From the NCBI GenBank assembly GCA_043803815.1, contig JAZDJR010000018.1:67659-131658 (forward strand): 64,000 nt of DNA. The letters are read 5' to 3'. The notes below the pieces were generated by a model, which saw nothing but the letters and a program-made list of their open reading frames with translations, ran no database searches and had not been told where the DNA came from. Below, piece by piece: positions 60,416 to 64,000 of this stretch. Position 1 is the stretch's first letter. Every line of letters starts with the position of its first letter. Made by a program: the position numbers and the translations under genes. The DNA comes from Candidatus Micrarchaeota archaeon. Lineage in GTDB: Archaea; Iainarchaeota; Iainarchaeia; Iainarchaeales; JAGVWC01.

Positions 60416-60821
60416 CTTCTTCCGGTTTTTTGAATTCGACAATATCGGTTAGTTCTGTAAAATGGTGGTCGCGGCTTACCAAAATAGCGCTATTATCGCG
60501 GGCAATAATGGCATGGAAAACGTCGTTAAATGGCAGGTTTCTTTTTTCAGCAATTTCTTTTGCTTGTAGGCGCTGGCTTTTGGTAACGTCAACAAAGAGT
60601 ATAACAGCCTGAAAAGAGGCAAACAGTTCACTTACTCGTTCGGAGGGAAAATCCTTTAACTCAAACAAAACGGGTTCAGCCACCAAAATCTGGCAGTTAT
60701 ACTTTCGACAATTTTTCAAGAATTCAAAAGCTAATTCGCCCAGCGGAATCCAACCCGCTTTTCGATCTTCCAAAAAATCCCGCCAAACCGAAGTATTCAC
60801 ATAAAACCGTTTTGGAGCCAT
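60402..60821 (-). CDS. vapC: PIN-domain (VapC-like) toxin
   Basis: FYVNTSVW, VLFEL, FNDVFHAIIA, LVSRDHHF. Confidence 0.82.
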   Translation of the reverse strand: MAPKRFYVNTSVWRDFLEDRKAGWIPLGELAFEFLKNCRKYNCQILVAEPVLFELKDFPSERVSELFASFQAVILFVDVTKSQRLQAKEIAEKRNLPFNDVFHAIIARDNSAILVSRDHHFTELTDIVEFKKPEEAIFE

Positions 60822-61018
60822 TCCAACACTTGCAGACCAAAGAAATAGGAACGTTTCCAAGCCTCGTTTCCGCTGAAAACCGGCCGAAAGAGCGCTTAAC
60901 CCGATTTTTTCGAATCACGCCGGTTATTTTGGCTGTTTGGCCTTATGTCCGGTTTGACAAAAAAGAAAAGATGCCGGAGATTTTTTGCCCAAAAAAACTC
61001 GGCAGGCGTAATCGGCAT

Positions 61019-61345
61019 TTAAACGATTCGGATTCCTGTTTTTGCGGCTTTTGCAATAATGCCGTAGAAATTGTCTTTTTTTTCCCTGAATTCTTTTTCG
61101 GTATAACACAAGAGTTCGAGGGGGTATTGCTCTTTCCATGCGGCGTACAATGCAATGGACCGCTTGTAAAAAGGTTTTTGTTCGAAGTCTTTGGAAACGA
61201 CAATCAAGTCGAAATCGCTGTCTTCCCTGAAATTGCCTTGGGCGCGGCTTCCAAAAAAAAGCATTTCTCGTATGTCCACTATTTTGGCGATTTTTTGCCT
61301 GAATTTTTTGACTATGGCCAGATTCAAATTTGTTTTTTGCACCAT
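61019..61345 (-). CDS. Minimal nucleotidyltransferase (MntA-type antitoxin)
   Basis: FFGSRAQG..DSDFDLIVVS..CYTEKEF. Confidence 0.87.
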   Translation of the reverse strand: MVQKTNLNLAIVKKFRQKIAKIVDIREMLFFGSRAQGNFREDSDFDLIVVSKDFEQKPFYKRSIALYAAWKEQYPLELLCYTEKEFREKKDNFYGIIAKAAKTGIRIV

Positions 61346-61395
61346 TCAAGCACCTCTTCTGGACCTTAAGCGCATCCAAGGTTGCCTGTTGCGGG
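61324..61395 (-). pseudogene. 3' remnant of a HEPN toxin gene
   Basis: ..ATLDALK / EEVLEWCKKQI-TGA overlapping the MNT start, as in HEPN-MNT operons. Confidence 0.55.
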
Positions 61396-61410
61396 GCATC
61401 CAAGGCAGTG

Positions 61411-61773
61411 CTATTCCAGGATTTGCCATCCCCTTTTCTTGAGTTTATCCAAATCAATGCTTTCTTCCGAGCGATGTTCTATCTCAAATTCCCGTTTATG
61501 GAGGAAATACAGGAGGAAAATGCTGTTAGAGATTTCGGGGAGTTGCCCAAGTTCGTCTATTACAGTGAACATTTTTGCGGTTGTTTTCGCGGAAAAGCTC
61601 TTGCTCTCTTCCGTTACCTCCAGGAGGTACTCAATGTCGTCCCTAATTTTATTGTATTTGTCAAAAAATCTATCCAAAGAGTCAAATGAGGAATAGAGCG
61701 AATCCTCATTCACGCTCCGCAGATAAAAGCCCAGTTTCAGTTTTGGAACCAAAAACACCCCGTACCAGCCCAT
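61411..61773 (-). CDS. Hypothetical protein
   Basis: 120-aa AT-rich ORF with GGGGTGG ribosome site; no recognised motif. Confidence 0.55.
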   Translation of the reverse strand: MGWYGVFLVPKLKLGFYLRSVNEDSLYSSFDSLDRFFDKYNKIRDDIEYLLEVTEESKSFSAKTTAKMFTVIDELGQLPEISNSIFLLYFLHKREFEIEHRSEESIDLDKLKKRGWQILE

Positions 61774-61807
61774 ATTGCCACCCCCAATTTGATAATTATT
61801 TGGACAA

Positions 61808-61838
61808 TAATCTTTAAATATTATTAAGTATTATTAAA
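61808..61838. promoter_or_regulatory. AT-rich divergent promoter region; a 10-mer (R)TATT(A/G)TTAA is repeated three times at about 61818-61847
   Basis: aatattattaagtattattaaatattgttaag lies between the divergent genes. Confidence 0.35.
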
Positions 61839-61864
61839 TATTGTTAAGCGGGGTTGGTGGTGGC

Positions 61865-63190
61865 ATGGTTGTTGAAAGCCAGGGTCTGGAACTCAAACGC
61901 ACGGTGGATAATTTCCGAGAAATCAGCAAAACCGCGTGCGCTTTTGCAAACGCATACGGTGGCAGGATTATAATTGGCGTTTCTGATGATGGCCTGGTGA
62001 TTGGGATTCCAAAACCGGAACTCGACTCCCTGCAGCAGCGGGTCGAGGGGGCGATTCAACAGGTTTCCCCCGCACCGTTTCACAAAATAACGGTTGAGGA
62101 AAAGGAAGGCAAACACACGGTTGCGATTGAAGTGTACCAAATCGGGCACGGCGCGTTCTGCACCTTCGGCGGGATTGTATATTACCGCGCCGGAAGCCAA
62201 AATACAAAACTAGAAGGCAGGACCTTGCAAGACTACTTGATTAACCGCCACATCCTGTCTTTTGACGAGTCAAAATCGCAGGCAAAAATCGATGACATAG
62301 ACCAACAAAAACTGATGCACTTCATCCAGCGAAGGTCTCCTGAAGCAAAAATCGGCAAAAAAGGCGTTTCTGAATTGCTTGTTAACCTCGGATTGGCCCA
62401 GCAAAACAACGAATTTTGGATAAAAAACACGGCTGTTTTGTTCTTCGCCAAAGAGCCCGCAAAGTTTATTCCGCAAAGCGAGGTAAAACTGGCCCGTTTC
62501 TCTGGAAACGAGGCAATAGACATAATCGATTCGAGGTTTGTAAACTCAACCATCATGGAAAACCTCAAAGAAGCGGAAGACTTCATAAAAAAGAACACCA
62601 AAACCGCCCTGAAAATTCAAGGGCGGCTTGAACGGCAGGAAATCCCGGAGTACCCGTATGAAGTAACGCGGGAAGCACTGGTCAATGCCATTACGCACCG
62701 GGATTATTTCAGCCGGGACGCGGTTCAAATCAACATTTTTGAAAACCGGCTGGAGATAATAAACCCGGGCACCCTGCCGCCTGGGCTTACCTTCAAAGTC
62801 CTGGGCAACTTGTCCGTTCAACGGAATTCGCTAACGTACCGCTTGATGAGAGACATTGGTTTTGTAGAGGGGCTTGCAACCGGAATCCCAAAAATGAGAT
62901 TCGCAATGAAAAGCGCGGGCTTGCCAGAACCGGTTTTTGAAGAGCTTGGAAACTTTTTCAGGGTCACGCTATACAACAAGAACGAAAAAGGAAAAGACGG
63001 AATCAGCCCGCGCCAGCAAAAAGCCCTTTCGTATCTCGAAAAAAACCCCGCGATTAACTCAAAAACATACGCCAAATTAAGCGGCGTATCCCATCCAATC
63101 GCTGTTAGCGACCTAAACCGCCTCGTAAAAAAAGGAATCATTAAAAAGATTGGAAAAACCCGGGGCACGTACTACGTCAAAAAAAGTTAG
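61865..63190 (+). CDS. AlbA_2 (Schlafen-like) + RecG-associated HATPase + HTH protein
   Basis: ESQGLELK, AFANAYGGRIIIGVSDDG, REALVNAITHRDY, NPG, GTYY wHTH. Confidence 0.88.
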   Translation: MVVESQGLELKRTVDNFREISKTACAFANAYGGRIIIGVSDDGLVIGIPKPELDSLQQRVEGAIQQVSPAPFHKITVEEKEGKHTVAIEVYQIGHGAFCTFGGIVYYRAGSQNTKLEGRTLQDYLINRHILSFDESKSQAKIDDIDQQKLMHFIQRRSPEAKIGKKGVSELLVNLGLAQQNNEFWIKNTAVLFFAKEPAKFIPQSEVKLARFSGNEAIDIIDSRFVNSTIMENLKEAEDFIKKNTKTALKIQGRLERQEIPEYPYEVTREALVNAITHRDYFSRDAVQINIFENRLEIINPGTLPPGLTFKVLGNLSVQRNSLTYRLMRDIGFVEGLATGIPKMRFAMKSAGLPEPVFEELGNFFRVTLYNKNEKGKDGISPRQQKALSYLEKNPAINSKTYAKLSGVSHPIAVSDLNRLVKKGIIKKIGKTRGTYYVKKS

Positions 63191-63285
63191 AATCCCCTGT
63201 TTTGCTGCTCAAAACCGTTTCGCCAACAAAGCCCAACAAGCCCAGGCTCTTCATTCAAAAAAAAAAGAAAAAGAAGGAAACTGAT

Positions 63286-63753
63286 TTATGCGGTTCCGCT
63301 GCACGACCACGTAACGGTTCGGTTAAAGTCGCCGTCATTCCAAGTCGCGTTAAAATCGGTTCGGTAACGGGTGCCTGCGCTAAAGGTAATACCACTAGTA
63401 CCTGTTATCGTAGTAGTGGATCCCGGAGCAATAATACTCGGATTCGTCGGAAAACTTAAATTTCCACCAGAACCATTTGTTACCCCTTGAATGTACAATG
63501 GTCCACCGCTTGTGGCTCCATTACCCATGGTTCTACCCGAAATATTACTCGCCTTCAAAGACCACCCAGTGGTAGTCAGTTCCTGGTTTGTAATGTTCAG
63601 ATTTGATCCCGGTCCTGAGCACGTGTCTCCTGCTTGCGCGGGATTTCCGACGAGAAGTACCAATGCGGCTACGACGACCACTATTACGACGAGGGCCCAA
63701 CCGTAGGTCATGAGGTATTCCAGGGCGGATTGTCCTTTGTTGTTTAGTTTCAA
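63286..63753 (-). CDS. Type IV pilin (probable major pilin)
   Basis: KG/QSALEYLMTYGWALVVIVVV; AGGAGG ribosome site, TTTAAATA box upstream, T-rich terminator downstream. Confidence 0.9.
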   Translation of the reverse strand: MKLNNKGQSALEYLMTYGWALVVIVVVVAALVLLVGNPAQAGDTCSGPGSNLNITNQELTTTGWSLKASNISGRTMGNGATSGGPLYIQGVTNGSGGNLSFPTNPSIIAPGSTTTITGTSGITFSAGTRYRTDFNATWNDGDFNRTVTWSCSGTA

Positions 63754-63876
63754 ATTGTATTCCTCCTGTTTTAGTTAAAACGTTTTAACTATTTGGAAAA
63801 TAGTTAATTCTGTTCTAATAACCGTTCCGCCCTATTTAAAGATATCGCAAACGCCGATTCGGGGGACTCCTGACAA

Positions 63877-63898
63877 TGGCGGTGGGTAACCACCGCCA
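63877..63898. other. Perfect 9-bp hairpin TGGCGGTGG-GTAA-CCACCGCCA
   Basis: Seen in sequence upstream of the pilin promoter; role unknown. Confidence 0.45.
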
Positions 63899-64000
63899 AA
63901 AAGAAAGGGTTTCTTGTAAGAGTTGGGCGAATCGTTGTTTGATGCTGGTTTTTGGCGGGTAATGAACGTAGCCGAGCCTAACGGCTGGGGGTTTGCGGCC

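Larger units (their letters stand above)
60033..60969 (+). repeat. 17-bp direct repeat TTTGACAAAAAAGAAAA (60033-60049 and 60953-60969) flanking the RHH/PIN pair
   Basis: Exact match seen, with weaker similarity extending upstream (CTTAcG..GG / CTTAtG..GG). Confidence 0.6.

Noticed and set aside
1-64000. Numerous short antisense or overlapping ORFs in the track
   Set aside because: They are shadows of well-supported genes, without motifs or start signals

Overview
This is an archaeal chromosomal window with no rRNA, tRNA, CRISPR array, integrase, transposase or reverse transcriptase that I can recognise. Gene content and compactness suggest a DPANN archaeon, plausibly Iainarchaeota/Diapherotrites (inference). 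Housekeeping genes: PolD DP1/DP2, Orc1/Cdc6, SepF, Hel308, NAC, FKBP/SlyD, proteasome beta, aCPSF1, AK6-type kinase, Taw1, NFACT-N, a PRC-barrel protein and a bacterial-type CoaE. Many genes encode surface proteins, including a tail-fibre-like S74 protein, a PEF-CTERM-like protein, a 1392-aa doubly anchored lipoprotein and a MacB-type ABC module. There are at least five toxin-antitoxin-like modules and a ~20 kb type IV pilus region (43.3-63.8 kb). The most unusual observations: (1) the pilus ATPase carries two inteins only 28 codons apart, and the second ends in Met-Asp and lacks the block-B His; (2) a pilin-like adhesin has its vWA domain split by a ~460-aa repeat insert; (3) a predicted pseudokinase sits between DP1 and DP2 and resembles other Arg-rich orphans; (4) the last 10 codons of aCPSF1 are duplicated with only synonymous changes; (5) there are unannotated relics of a phosphomannomutase and a HEPN toxin; (6) a convergent RHH/PIN cassette is flanked by direct repeats. 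Family calls come from motif recognition by eye; no database search was run.
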